Source: Macrostomum lignano (taxonomy: Eukaryota). Taken from it: a stretch of DNA of 64,000 bases. The translations under genes were made by a program, and so were the position numbers. The notes under the pieces are model-generated. The model searched no databases. It worked only from the letters and a program-made list of their open reading frames with translations, and was not told the origin of the DNA. This document shows positions 12,821 through 31,424 of the stretch, in pieces (within the stretch, counting starts at the first letter, position 1; the number at the start of each line of letters is the position of its first letter). Location: contig NIVC01000173.1 of assembly GCA_002269645.1 (NCBI GenBank), positions 773,609 to 837,608 of the forward strand. The letters run 5' to 3'.

Positions 12821-15295
12821 GCTATGTACCATATAATAATGCATTTTAATAATAGCGCGCTTTGCGTATATAAAGCTTAATTGCCGCAATTACTGGTTAC
12901 TTCACATCTAATATATTACTGCTGATTTGTATTCCTGTTACTTATTTGCACATTATTTTGCACATACTGTTGGTTGATAGTCAGAAAAAACACACAAGAT
13001 CACAAAACCGTCACAAAATATGGTAACAGTAAACAGTAACATAGTTACCCTAAGCAAAACGGTCACAAAATATGGCAAAAGTAAACGGTAACATATTTAC
13101 CCTAGGCAAAACGGTCACAAAATACGGTAACATTGAACGGTAACACGTGACCCTGAACAAATGGTCACAAAATACGGTCACATTGAACGGTAACATGTGA
13201 CCCTGAACAAACGGTCACATATATGGTAACTATGAACGGTCACATGTGACCTTATTTTCATGAACATGAACAGTCACAATAAACGGTCACAAGCGTTACA
13301 GACCACGGTAACAAGGAGAACGGTCACAGCCCCTTTTTGTGACCGTTTCGTTTTATACGGGTTCAGCTATATAAACTGCATATTCAGCCTATGTTCCTCT
13401 TTTCTAATAGAAAATTAATCTAGGATAGTGAGCAATTGTTGTTTAGTATGTAGCTAAGATTAAATAATGGCCAAAATATTTCCATATACTAAAAATGGTT
13501 TGCCAAAAAATTTTATTATCTAAGAAACAAGTTTTATTACACTATTGCAACCAAGGTCTAAACTGCACTGGATATCCCCCTTTTCTTTGCCAAACTGCGC
13601 CAGACTGTACCTATACTATCAAGGGACAATCTGCACTTGACACTGTCTACAATAATGGTGATTAATGTAATAATTAATAGTAGCCATAAAACAAATCCCT
13701 AAGGAAAGCCAAGGAAGTGCTGCCAATTCCATTTCTGCTCCTGCTTCTGCCCCTAATTCTACCTCTGCTTCAACTTTTATTAAAAAACCTAAAAATATTG
13801 ATCTAGAAGGAGATAAGAGCCCAAAAAGACCAAAATTAAAACTAGAAAACTAAAACTAGAAAACTAGAAAATCCAAAAGGAGAGACAATAAGGATAATAA
13901 TAAACACTCCAATTAAGATTGCATAACAATCAAAGCCTTGCTAACTTTAGTTGTTCTGACAGTTGCAGGTCTATAACATTTGCCCTCCGGAATTTTGCCC
14001 ATTGATGTTTGTCTGCTGGAAAGTTCCCTTGAGTTGGAGGGGCATCAATAGAGCTTCATTCGCTGCATGCACAGACCAAGGAAAATTAGATCAATAAACA
14101 GGCCTCACATGATTAGAATTTAGCATGAAAATTAGCTATTTAACAGCATATTTGTGATGCCTGTTTACGACCGAAATTGCCCGCCAAACAACCCCCAGCC
14201 AGGCAACTGCTAACAAGGAAGCCACCGTTGACTGTCTCACCGTCTTGCCCAAAATCGCCAGCCAGAAAGCCGTCATCGCCCTGATCAAGATCACTAGTCC
14301 GTCAGCCGCCATCAGCAGCCTCGTCGCCTTGCAACTCAAGGCCATGATCAAGATCTCCAGCCAGACAATCCTCCAGGCAATCACTATTGGTGATGCTGCC
14401 CATGCAGTATGGCCTGCGGCCCCAACATCAAGCTGTTGCCGCCTGGAAGAGAGCCATTGCCTACGCCCTCCATGAGCTAAATAACGGCTGGGTAAACCGT
14501 GCAAATGTGTGCACCAAGACTCTTTAGACTAGCTTTGAGTGTAGCTGGCCATACCAGGACTGGCTATTGATGGCTATGGTCCAATACATGTGAATAAACT
14601 ATATGCATTACTTATAGTAGTTTGTGACTTACCTTCTTATTTTTCTTTCTTTTGCAGTAAAATTTCTTTGCAATATTCCTTTGTAATCTGCCTCTATAAT
14701 ATGCCTTGTACTCTTTCAATAAAATTTATGTGTATCCTTATTTGATTTTATTGCTTAAGGGAAGCCAAATGTAGCAGCCCTAGTTTGTGCCTATGTAAAA
14801 TTATGCACATTATCTCTTTGTATTCTTACTTAGTCTATGCAATTACTTTCCTAAAATACAATTAGTCAGCATTAAATACTATTTTATATATAATTACGTC
14901 TATATTGCTTAAAACAAAATATCATTGTTATAATGCATATGCCATTTTGATAAAAATTACTATAAAAGCAAGCTAAATATACAGTAGAAAAGCATCTTAT
15001 TGGTGGCCCTGGTCTATTCAAGCTTCTGTCCTGTTCTTGAGCCCCAATGAACAGCTATTCTAAAAATAGATATTAGAGTTTGTCAGTCCTTCTTTCTTTT
15101 TAAGGTGAGCTGTACAATAGAGATGCACAGTCATCCCCCCTTTCCTTTCCCTATGAGTGCTTCCCTAGAAGACTCGGGCTTGTCCCAACCCTTCCCCCCC
15201 TTTTCCCTTGTGAACATACAACCACCCACTGAGCTGCCCCGCTCCCCCCCCTCCCACAACGAAGAGACTGCCATGGCCCAATTCCTTCAGATTGT

Positions 15296-16848
15296 CCCTA
15301 TTGGAATAAGTTTCAAAAACCTCAAAAGCGAAAATTGTGCCCTCAAAAGCGCGACGCGACACCAACTGGGGGGCGGCAATGCGCAACGCAACACCGATGT
15401 CTGTTGACTGAATGACTAGGGGGGGGGGAGGAAGACGCCACAGCAGCCACGTTGCAATTGACAATTCCCGTTCTGCCATTCACTCCCAACACCGAGACCA
15501 TGGGGCGAGGGATGAGAGTGTTCCTTTTAATTTCACGGAAAAAGAAAAGAAATTTAAAAACAATAAACAGTAAAACAACAAAGGTACAACACTTAGAAAA
15601 ACAGCGCACGCATTGTAACTAACAAGTAACATTTCTAAAAATTATATTTGAAGTTGTGCAGGGCCCCTCCCAATTTATTTATAAAATAGTCACCGTTTAG
15701 TTAATTTGAATTCACGCCAAAACTAAGAAACATATTTTGTTTTAATACTTGTATTTTCTATAATATTTTGCGCTAATGAATTTTTGTTTAAAACTGTAGC
15801 AAATTTTAGTATAGGGCCTAAATAGAAGCATTTTCAGTGGAGGAGAACCAACCTCGCGCATCGCAGTTCCGCAATAAGTGATTGATAGCAAATAGTAAGA
15901 GTTCCGAGAAAATAAGAGTTGGAGAAGTGTTTTCTGTGTTAATTCCTTTTAAGAAGTAAGAGCGAAATAGACTGAAGCGTATACAGTACATACTATTGAG
16001 AAGCAGCAGTATTGAGTAGTAAGAGAATACGAAGTAGATCTGAAGTCATATGTGTAAGAATAACTGGAGGCTGTGACCCTCTGATCTCGGTAACGCCCAA
16101 GGACTTGCAAAGTACATGGAATACATATACCAATATAGCCAATAGACCACTCAGGCCAAAAGTACAGTGAACACTACCGGAATCAGAATAACAGAGGAAT
16201 AAAATCTTTAAGAGCTAATAGTTTTCTAAGAATAATACTCAGACTAAATACTCAGACTAAATACTCAGACTAAATACTAAGATATATACTCAGATCAATT
16301 CTAAGAAACATTTCTCGGATTATTCTAAGATTGATAAACTCATAATTTATTAATAGGATAATCCTGGTGGCAGCTACCAACTTAAAGATTAGTGTAGGAA
16401 GTTTAGCCCTTTGACAATTTCAGTAAAAGGAGTTACCCCTAGTACAACCTTGGTGACATAACGGTGGGATTCTCAGTGTACAAGAAACACCACTAGTACA
16501 ACTTTGGTGTCAGCGGTTGAGATTTTCTAGAGAGAGCTGAAAGGCCTAGTACAAAGTATTAGTTACTTTACCGTCAAAATAAAAAAGAACAATTCAAGAA
16601 CTAGTTATTATCAAACATGTTTGAAACATTTAAATAACGAGAAACAACCGTGAACATATTACAATGAAACACAGTTTGCAAGGTTTTGGCTATAGATCCA
16701 GGCCGCGACGCGACGTATGACGACACCAGGTTTCCAGTGTCACGCGACGCGACACACCACTTGACACATTGTCGTGTGACGCCACACCAGGAGAATCCGA
16801 AAATGCGACAGACAGTTGTCCGCGTTTTGTCAACTTATTCCAATAGGG
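15296..16848. mobile_element. 1.55-kb non-autonomous TIR element with 8-bp TSD (superfamily unassigned)
   Basis: Perfect 17-bp TIR CCCTATTGGAATAAGTT / AACTTATTCCAATAGGG. Exact TSD CAGATTGT at 15288-15295 and 16849-16856. GCGACGCGAC motifs near both ends. Confidence 0.8.
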
Positions 16849-19409
16849 CAGATTGTCCCTAAATCTTAGGCGCCCTATCTCTATTACCTAATTCCCCATG
16901 AAGCAATCAATCCTTCACGCTAGCATTCCCTACTAGCCACTAGAATTCCCCATAGCGCACTAAGTTCTCCAGGCAACTCTAATCCACTGCAAAGCCTTTA
17001 CTTACCTTCCCCTTTTCTATTATTTCCCTGGACTGAGTAGACAGTGTCTTGCTGCTCGGACACTATGTTACCAGGAGCAACCCTAGGCTTACTGTTTATA
17101 ATAAAAAAACTAAGATTATTCCCATTCTAAGAAAGTCCCAACATAATTTCCCGACCCTTACAACAAATTTAGTAGTAGCAATGCAAACCAAAGAGGCCTA
17201 TAGCTAAGTGGTAGCTAAGCAGTAGGATCAAACCATCATTAATAAACACTCCTATGATATAATAGACCATAAACAACTTAGGCCAGAATAACAAGAAGAA
17301 TGCTACTAGAATAATAGTAAGAATGCTACTAAAATAACAGTGAAAATACTACTAGAATAACAATAAGAATGCTACCTAACCTATGAGAACTTAATTAATA
17401 CTCAGATCTATACTTAGACTTATGCTTAAAATAAATATGTAGACTTATACTAAGAATAGGCCCTAATTCTCAGACTAGGCCTAATACTTATAACCAATTC
17501 TAAGAAAAGAGGTTTAGCCTTAATTAGTACAACTTGGTAACAGCTTTTAGGATACTTATAAGGTGAGAAGCAGCATCCTTACTATAACTTTGGTGGCAAT
17601 AGCATCAGTAAAAATAGTTTTTTAGAAGATAAAACAGTAGGCCTAGGCCTAACTACTACCACAAAATGAATATCAAAAAACCATTTTCCTTTGTTATCTT
17701 AAATTTATTTTCTCAATAGGCTTTGTCTTTCAATTTTATTGTATAGTATAGTATAGGCCTATAATAAATATATTACCTAAGCGTAAGGCTTAGTCAATAG
17801 TCTCGATACTAACAACAATAGTGTAGGGCCTATCATCAGGTAGGCCTAATCAAATTATTAAACAATATGTCAATGTATAGTAAGATAAATTTAATTTATC
17901 AATACAGTTGACAAGTTAGATGTTGACAAATTTGGTGGCACCCCAAACTTTCCACCAAAAAATAATAATAACAATCAATCAACCCTTATATTATTAGGTA
18001 ACAATCAACCCTAATATTAGACCTAGGCCTAATAATATTAATAGGATAGGCCTAGGCCTAACCAATTTGTTATTTGTTACATTTTTATAACTAGCCATAA
18101 AAATAGTAGTAGGCCTAGTTCAAGTTATATTTACAGCTCAGTTGTAAAAACAGAAAAAATTGCTATTGGGCAAACAAAGTATAGGCCTAATATTACAAAA
18201 AAGTTAAAACAATTTTTTGAGGCATTGGAGGAATAATAACAGACAACAATATTAAGGCAGAGTGCTTAACCCAAAGGCAAAATTTGAGGCTAAACCTCAT
18301 TCTGCGTGGAAAACCAAGTCAAATTCTGATGCTGCGTTATAATATAGATTATAGTATAAGTTTTGTTTGCACATAGGTCCTATCCCATGCCATAGGCCTA
18401 AGATATAAACAATTTAGAATTTTAAATGCAGGTTTCCCGCACTAAACTAATCGAAGCAGAAATAGGCCTAAAAAAATAAAATTCAATAAAAATATAAAGT
18501 CAAATTTATGTAATATTGTTATTATCAAAATTGTCTCATTTTTTGCCTAACGCGCACTTTCGTCGCTCTTAGCTCAAGACTAAAATACCTAACCAACCAA
18601 ACCTAACCAACGCCTGAAGTTATAAATTTACTTTTAACATGACATGACGTCGAATTAAGAAGCTTCTTGGAGTTAAAGTCTGTAAATTGGTTTTTTAAAT
18701 ACTGATTGCAGCTTAAATTAGTGTAAACTATCGAAAACTAATAGAGTTTAATAAAGTACCTTGCTTTAACATTTCAAGCAAGTCAACAACACCGTGGGCA
18801 GTTTTTAAGTCGGTTTAAGAATCCTAACAAAGTATACAGTAATTAGCTTTAAATATGATCTTTTCTGTAAAAAATAAAATGTATACAGAATAGCTTTATT
18901 GTTATAAAAAGTTAAACGCCTTTTAACGTTTTATAGCTGAATTTGTATTTTCCTAACTTTTTTAATTTACATATTCGTTTGAAATTCTGAAGTTTTGAAT
19001 TCGGATGCTCGAAAATACACACAATGAATTTTATACCGACTTGTTGTTCTTGCTATTGTTTTTTATCGTGCATTTACGTACTTCGTTTCCCTTTTTTATT
19101 TCCATTTATACTGTAAAAGTATAATTACTTACTTTTAATTACTTTTTCAGGGGCCTGTACCTCAAGCATTTAAATTCGTTTAAATACAACAGTCAACACA
19201 ACAGATTTATCACAAAACAAAAATACAAGGACCACTGTATACAAGTGGTGTTTACACTGTATGCAACAGTGGTCCTTGCAAAAGTATATAGAATAGCCTG
19301 AATAGGCCACTTTTACAGATTAACTCCTATCAGTCTATCACAAGGTCAAACTAGGCTGTTCAGCTGTAGCCACTCACACATATTACTAGGCCTACTACTA
19401 TTACTTTTA

Positions 19410-22090
19410 ATCTAATTCTGTCCATTTTGAAGGAAGGAAGTAGTATAATTTCCATTTTATAGTAGACCTAGGCCTTTATCAGTATGAATTTTATAATATA
19501 TTGTAACATTAGAATGTAATATAGGCCCTAGGCCTAGGTCTAATGGCAATTGTCAAGTTCCATTCATTAAATTATTTTGACTCTAGAAAAGTATGGTACA
19601 AACTATTTTAAGTACAAACAGCTATTTTTAAGAGACTTGGGCTTAATTAGGCACTAATTTTATGCTTCAAAACTTGTTCGGCCTATTATATATTTAACAC
19701 TGAAAGCTACAATATAGTCTATGGTTAAAACGTTAACAAGTGAACAAGTCTTAACAGAAACAAATAAAAATTATTATTGTCTATGGTCAAACTGTCAATG
19801 AATAGCAAAAGCTTTATATATTATAGTAGTAGGAAATCCATGATAGGATATTCCAAAATGGCTTTGCTGGGTTTAGTTGATGCCATAATTCCTCTAAGTG
19901 TTTCAAATAGGGCATGTGAAGTCCCATGCATAGGGCGCAGCCCATAGTCAGGATCATGGCAGGGGTACACCAGAATAAAAAGTCAGTAAGAAAAGTGGTA
20001 TGCTGTGTATGCTGAGATTAGAACCCGATGGTATGCCGATGGACCAGGGAGGGGGGTAGGGGTAGCAGTGCACGTGAAGAATTAGAAGTTAACAAAGATT
20101 TCAAGGAACACCCTTACACATATATAATTTTGTCTAAATGGTAACCACTATCAATTAATATTCATAATTTTGTACAATTCTTTCAACAATGGCATATACA
20201 AAGTTGAAAAATAGGCCCTAGTACAAATACAAACATAGTAAAAAATGTTCCTATATTTATTCAGGCAACTCAGAGTCAGTCTGGTTGTAGTGGTAGCAGC
20301 CAACAAATAGGCACCGAGGCTTGCTTTTGGCATGCCTATCAACGACCTTGCTCACATTGTAGGTTGTGGCACGTCTCTTCAGGTCATAAAAAATGGCCCA
20401 TGGTATGCAATAAGGCCGTGTTCAGTATTTCTGGTAAAAAATGTGGGCAGCTTCTTTTAAAATACTCTATCTCCAGTGTTTTGATGGATGGCAGCATCCA
20501 CCAAAGCTTCAAACAAAGTGCAAGTGTCTCGTTGGACTGCTGCTGCTGGGAGTGCATTGTTGAGTAAAATGTTTCTATAATGGCTTATAAAATTGTTTTG
20601 ATTATATTTTAGTAACTTAAAGACACTAATTTGATGCTCTAGTCTCTAGATATATAACAACTCACCAGTGCCACTCCTGTGTAATGCAAAATCCAAGAGG
20701 TGGCATGCAAAGTGACCAGCAGCTCCAAATATTTTGGCATCTATGTACAAGGAATGATAAATGGCAGTGTCGTTCAGGTGTACTTGCTGCCGGTGCCCAG
20801 ACTCTTTTGTAATGTCAAAAAGAGTTGCAAGTTCGCACTTAGAGTCCTCGCTCCTGCAAGCCAACACTGCAAGGATAGGCTCCATTATTGCCAGAGTCAG
20901 CCAGGTCTCGTGCCCAGTGCCGGACTTAAATGCGTTGTGCAGGCAGCTTATGTAGAATTCCATGTACTTTCTCGATAGCAGAGCATTCAGCTGCAGATAA
21001 TTGGAGCGCACCACCTGCTGAACCAGACGCTGAGCCGCAATAGACGTGGTGTATTGCTCAATGCTGAGGTCCAGATTGTTGGACGTCAGTAGAAACAGCA
21101 CCTCACCCACATCCATCACGGTGGAGTCGGCAGCCACAGCATTATTGCAGGTTGCAAATCAATTCCTCAGGCTATTGCAAAGTGCGCCAGCAAGATTGAC
21201 TATAGATTGATACAGGTTAATGTATTCACTATCACAATATTACAAAGTAGTTAACATTACAAAATTTATTAAAACGGAAGTTTAAAATAATGTAAAAGTC
21301 AAACTTTAACAAAGTTTTCATTTGTGTTAAAATTTTAATGACTTTAATGAAAGAAAATTAGCACCAGAAAAAACATTTTTTCTTTCCTTTTCAGTTTAAA
21401 AAAACAGTTTTTAAAATAAATTTTATGCATCAGGATTCAGGATATTGTGGGTGGGCAGGGCCCCACGCCTAAGGTGGTGTGGCATACAATTGTGTGTTGT
21501 GGCATGACATTGCATGCCATAGGGTCCTTTCTCTAAACCATGGTACACTGTGTATGCCAAAATTGGCCCAAAATTTCCCTGTGTACGCCGGAATTTTCCT
21601 AGTAAAATGCTATCTTCCTGACTATGGGGCGCAGCATAGCCTTGCTAAATTTAGGACTTAACTTTTTGTTATTGTTATTTGTCAACTTTTTAAAGATCAT
21701 TGATATTTAAACTTGACCATAGACCTTTTTCAAGTTGAAAAATATACTAATGTTCTGGCCATAAACTATTGTAGCTTTCTAGGGTCAAATATATTATAAC
21801 AAGTTTTGAAGCATCAAATTAGTGCTTAATCAGGCTTAAGTCTCTTAAAAGTATTTATTTATACTTAAAACAGTTCATAGATTATTTTTCTAGAGTCTAA
21901 ATAATTTAACAAATGAAACTTGACAATTATCTAATATTAAGTTAGTAGCTTGTATTTTTTATATTAGAACAAACAAACTATTGTCTACTATAATGGTCAT
22001 TAATTATATATTTTAGGCCTAATGAGTATCTTATACTATATAAACAGTCCATAAGAAATTATATCATTTGTCAAATTAAAATTAGATTTA
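19410..22090. mobile_element. Long-inverted-repeat (foldback/MULE-like) element with a coding-like core
   Basis: Inverted blocks at symmetric positions: TTATAGTAGAC 19457 / 21983-21993; TGCTTCAAAACTTGTT 19663-19678 / 21798-21813; CCCATAGTCAGG 19941-19952 / 21617-21628. Outer ends and TSD were not resolved. Confidence 0.6.
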
Positions 22091-22432
22091 ATATTAGTGT
22101 TCTAACTATAGCTATAGGAACTACGGGAATATGGTAATATTGGGGTCCCTATGGCTATGGAATAAAGAAAATTAGAATAAGCCATAGTTTTGCTTACAGC
22201 TAGGCCTATAATTACAATACATGGACTCTTTTTACAGCAGAACACTATCTAAGATTCTAATAAAATTATTGGTTTAAATAATTTATTGTCAACATATTTT
22301 TTATACTTATATAGTCACATCAATATCTTTTAAGAGAATTTTAATATGTTATACTTTTTTATTATACCTTTAGCTTCTATTTAAGACTTTTAAACACTAA
22401 GATTTAAAATAAGTTTTATTATGACTGAGTTA

Positions 22433-22460
22433 CGAGGGGTGTCTTAAAAGTTGGTGCACT
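22433..22460 (+). mobile_element. Solo mariner-like terminal inverted repeat
   Basis: TA|CGAGGGGTGTCTTAAAAGTTGG resembles the terminus CGAGGGGTGTCCAAAAAGTAG of the mariner at 60438. The partner end was not found. Confidence 0.4.
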
Positions 22461-22681
22461 TTCTTCACTACAGCCTTTTTGACCAATCAGAAATATTAAG
22501 TCTGTTGCAGTTGAAAAGAGAATTATCTGCCCATTAAAATGACTTTCTGTTTATTTCTATATCTGCTGGCATTCTTGAGATATGAGCACTTTTCTGTCCC
22601 ACCTCCTGTGCTACTTTTACAAATTGCCATAGACCAAAGATTTGTACCTGATGCATGAAACAACAAAACATTCATGCTTGG

Positions 22682-22839
22682 GCGCAACCTTGGGATTCAC
22701 TCGGCCGTTTCTATTGGCAACACACACATGTAAGTCGCTATTGGACAGAATAGTAGTCACATGACTGCTCTCAGCCAATAGCGACTTACATGTGTGTGTG
22801 TTGCCAATAGAAACGGCTGGGTGATTCCCAAAGTTGCGC
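22682..22839. mobile_element. Hairpin MITE (~158-bp near-perfect palindrome)
   Basis: Arms of ~60 bp (GCGCAACCTTGGGATTCAC...CATGTAAGTCGCTATTGG and its reverse complement) around a ~30-nt loop. Confidence 0.7.
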
Positions 22840-23685
22840 ATGTATGAACACATTCAACAAATCAACAAAACATTTGCAACATCAAAGCTGAGGAAAGAAC
22901 AGTTAAAAGTTAATCAACATTGTCCTGAGGCTTCTCCACATAATCACTACTGGGTGCGCTGCACTCTAAGCAGGTATCCCTAAATAATAGAACCCCCAAA
23001 TAGCAAATATCCTTCAAATAGAGATAGCTAGCCTTTTCTAATAGCAAACATTCCCCCATTTGAGCAAATGAATTACTATAAAAATGAGCAAGTATAATAT
23101 TGTAATTTTTGCATTTCGTTGTTCATTTTTAGTATTAAAATTTTATACTTTTATATATTATTTTAATGCATTATGTTTTATGCCATATTGTTGGGTCATT
23201 TTTGTGGGTGTGTCATATTTGTTAGCCATATATATATCTAAAATGGCTATTAATATGGCTAAAGAAATATTTTTTTATTTTAGCAAGTATTGCAAAATAG
23301 AGCTTTATTAATTTTTTTAATCATACTTGTGAAACCAGAGGTTCTACATGCATGTTTTAAATCAATATAAAAGGAATTATAAAGTTTTCAATATTTAAAG
23401 CAAAGATAATACTCAATTTTTTTTAATACATGAAAGCACTTTGAAATCTTTAAAGTATATATAAAAAGAGTTTAAAACATTTAAAGAGTATTTTTAATCT
23501 ATTTAGCCTCAAGAAAAATCTCTTGGTTTTAAAATGTTAGCTTCCAATAATGACAGCAGTTTTTTATACATTTTACATCAATTTTATTAGCTTATTTGCT
23601 TTGCTCAATTAGGTGTCAACTTTTGTAATAGTTTTTCTATCAATGAATGTAAATTTAAAGTTATTATTTGGATAATGTTGCATGA

Positions 23686-29015
<5,330 letters not shown>

Positions 29016-30228
29016 TATATTTTCTCTTGTTTTAATAACCGAATTCTAAGTTTTTAATTCAATGTGGCTATGGGGGTTGGCGCTATCTATTTTAGTAGTT
29101 TAATTGGTTCAATCCTAATGGCTATTTGTTATTTTTTATTAGTGCAACATCAACGCAGATTGCACTTGTTAGGTCTCAACGTGAAATGGATTACGGTTTG
29201 AAAAATTGTCCTAATTGTTAATAATCGCTCCGGCACCCGGTAAGTGCGAGCGTACTTTATTCGTACGCGCGTACTTTGATAAAAAGTACATGCGTACTGA
29301 TAGTGCATGCATACCTTAAAAGTACATGTGTACTGGTATAGTACATGCATACCTTAAGAGAACATGCGTACTAATATAGTACATGCGTACTGATATAGTA
29401 CATGCATAACTTAAAAGTACATGCATACTGATATAGTACATAGCTACTTTATAAGTACATTTGTACTTTTAGTACGCGCGTACTCTGTTTCAACTTTGTC
29501 TGTCGCCCCCAGTAGTGTTGAAATTATTACTTTGCGCCGATCAGCTCACTATCAGCTTTTTTAACTTGAATGTTTTCTGTAGCAACAGCCCAGCATTAGA
29601 AATTAGAGCAGAATATCCGCAGGCACTTAAATCCTTTATAATTATTTTATTGACGCTGACTAAAATATGTGCATCTTGTGTCCGTTTCTTTGTTGTTTGA
29701 CATTATTTAAATGCCTAGTTGGCAGCCTGTTGTGTCGCCCTTATTGCTTTCTTGTTTGTGTTTGCAAGGCAGATGTTGACGGGAACTTCTGCAGTGTTAA
29801 AATTGTCCCTAAACTAAATAAAAATAATTGTATTCATTGGCCCTTTAAAGTTTTTTAAATACCAGATCATATGTCTGAAACACCGTCATTCTTGCAGTGC
29901 ACCGGTTCAATGTTAAATCGCCCCCCTCTCCGTTCTAAAATGTCCATTGGTGTTTTTCAATTGAATAAATAATTATTAATATTCAGCTTGGTCGCTCGCA
30001 ATTCTTAACTTTGTGTCACATCAATTTAACAATGTCAAAAATATTGATAGACAGACAGAATTTGAGCAGAATGGTACAATACAGATTCGATATATGTGAT
30101 CTTATTGTCAATTAATAATGTTAATTATTTTACCAATATTAGAATGCATATATATTTATCCCAAATCCCAGCTCTGTAATCTTTCACTTTTTGTTCACTT
30201 TGCTTTAACTTTGCCTGTCATTTGTTCC

Positions 30229-30249
30229 CTGTCTGTCTGTCTGTCTGTC

Positions 30250-30282
<33 letters not shown>

Positions 30283-30337
30283 GTATGTCTGTCTGTCTGT
30301 CTCTGTATGTCTGTCTGTCTGTCTGTCTGTCTTTGTT

Positions 30338-30374
<37 letters not shown>

Positions 30375-30413
30375 ATGTCTGTCTGTCTGTCTTTCTGTCT
30401 GTCTGTCTTTGTT

Positions 30414-30480
<67 letters not shown>

Positions 30481-30535
30481 GTATGTCTGTCTGTCTGTCT
30501 CTGTATGTCTGTCTGTCTGTCCGTCTGTCTTTGTT

Positions 30536-30606
<71 letters not shown>

Positions 30607-30647
30607 GTATGTCTGTCTGTCTGTCTTTCTGTCTGTCTGTCTTTGTT

Positions 30648-30696
<49 letters not shown>

Positions 30697-30717
30697 GTCT
30701 GTCTGTCTGTCTGTCTG

Positions 30718-30781
<64 letters not shown>
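30229..30781. repeat. (GTCT)n microsatellite, imperfect
   Basis: Directly visible. Confidence 0.98.
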
Positions 30782-30782
<1 letters not shown>

Positions 30783-31424
30783 TCTGCTTGTATATAACAG
30801 TGCTGTATTGGCATTGATGTGAGAGCAGCCTATTTCTGGTGTTCTCTGCTACCAGCCTCTCTACCCGACCTCGAGATCTGGCCCGGTATATTGTGCGTAT
30901 GTACATCTTTTTGAAGCTAATAATATTCTATTATTATCCTAGCCTGGTTTTTTTTTAATTTTATTTTTCTAACTCTATATAAAAAGTAATTTATAATGAC
31001 TTATAATTTCGTCATCTGTTGCATTAATATTCAGAAGTTGGAAGAATTGCTTATTTCCAAAGTTGCTATTCAATTGAGTTTGGTTATGTTCACTGGTCCC
31101 CCGGCCTAACAAAATAATACCTTATTTGTTATAATTTGTGTTTTAAGGCTTGCTGGCTTTGTCAAAAGGCTTAATATTTGTATCCATAAGAAAGCTGTTC
31201 TAGTGTGTGTGGCTTTCTAGATGATTCAGTTATATAAAAAAATAACAACATGTCATATAATATTGATAATATATAAATATTATATGCAATTTTAATGTCT
31301 TCTTTGTTCTCAAAAATATATTCCACAGCAAACTGACTGTGTCTCCTACAATAAATCACATAGTAAAAGAAGCACTTTTCCTGCCTTTGTCTAATGCTTT
31401 CCTGTCGTTCACGATTCACGGGCC

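Larger units (their letters stand above)
8941..13361. mobile_element. 4.4-kb non-autonomous CACTA/CMC-like transposon with subterminal tandem arrays
   Basis: 35-bp TIR CCCGTATAAAACGAAATGGTCACAAAAAGGGGCTG (8941) and its reverse complement ending 13361, with one CpG-type mismatch. 3-bp TSD TTC at 8938-8940 and 13362-13364. A 51-52-bp array at the left end has inverted copies at the right end. Confidence 0.8.

Noticed and set aside
14136-14560. Decayed RS-rich coding stretch (possible retroelement ORF1)
   Set aside because: Coding-like composition but no identifiable motif; the frame cannot be determined.
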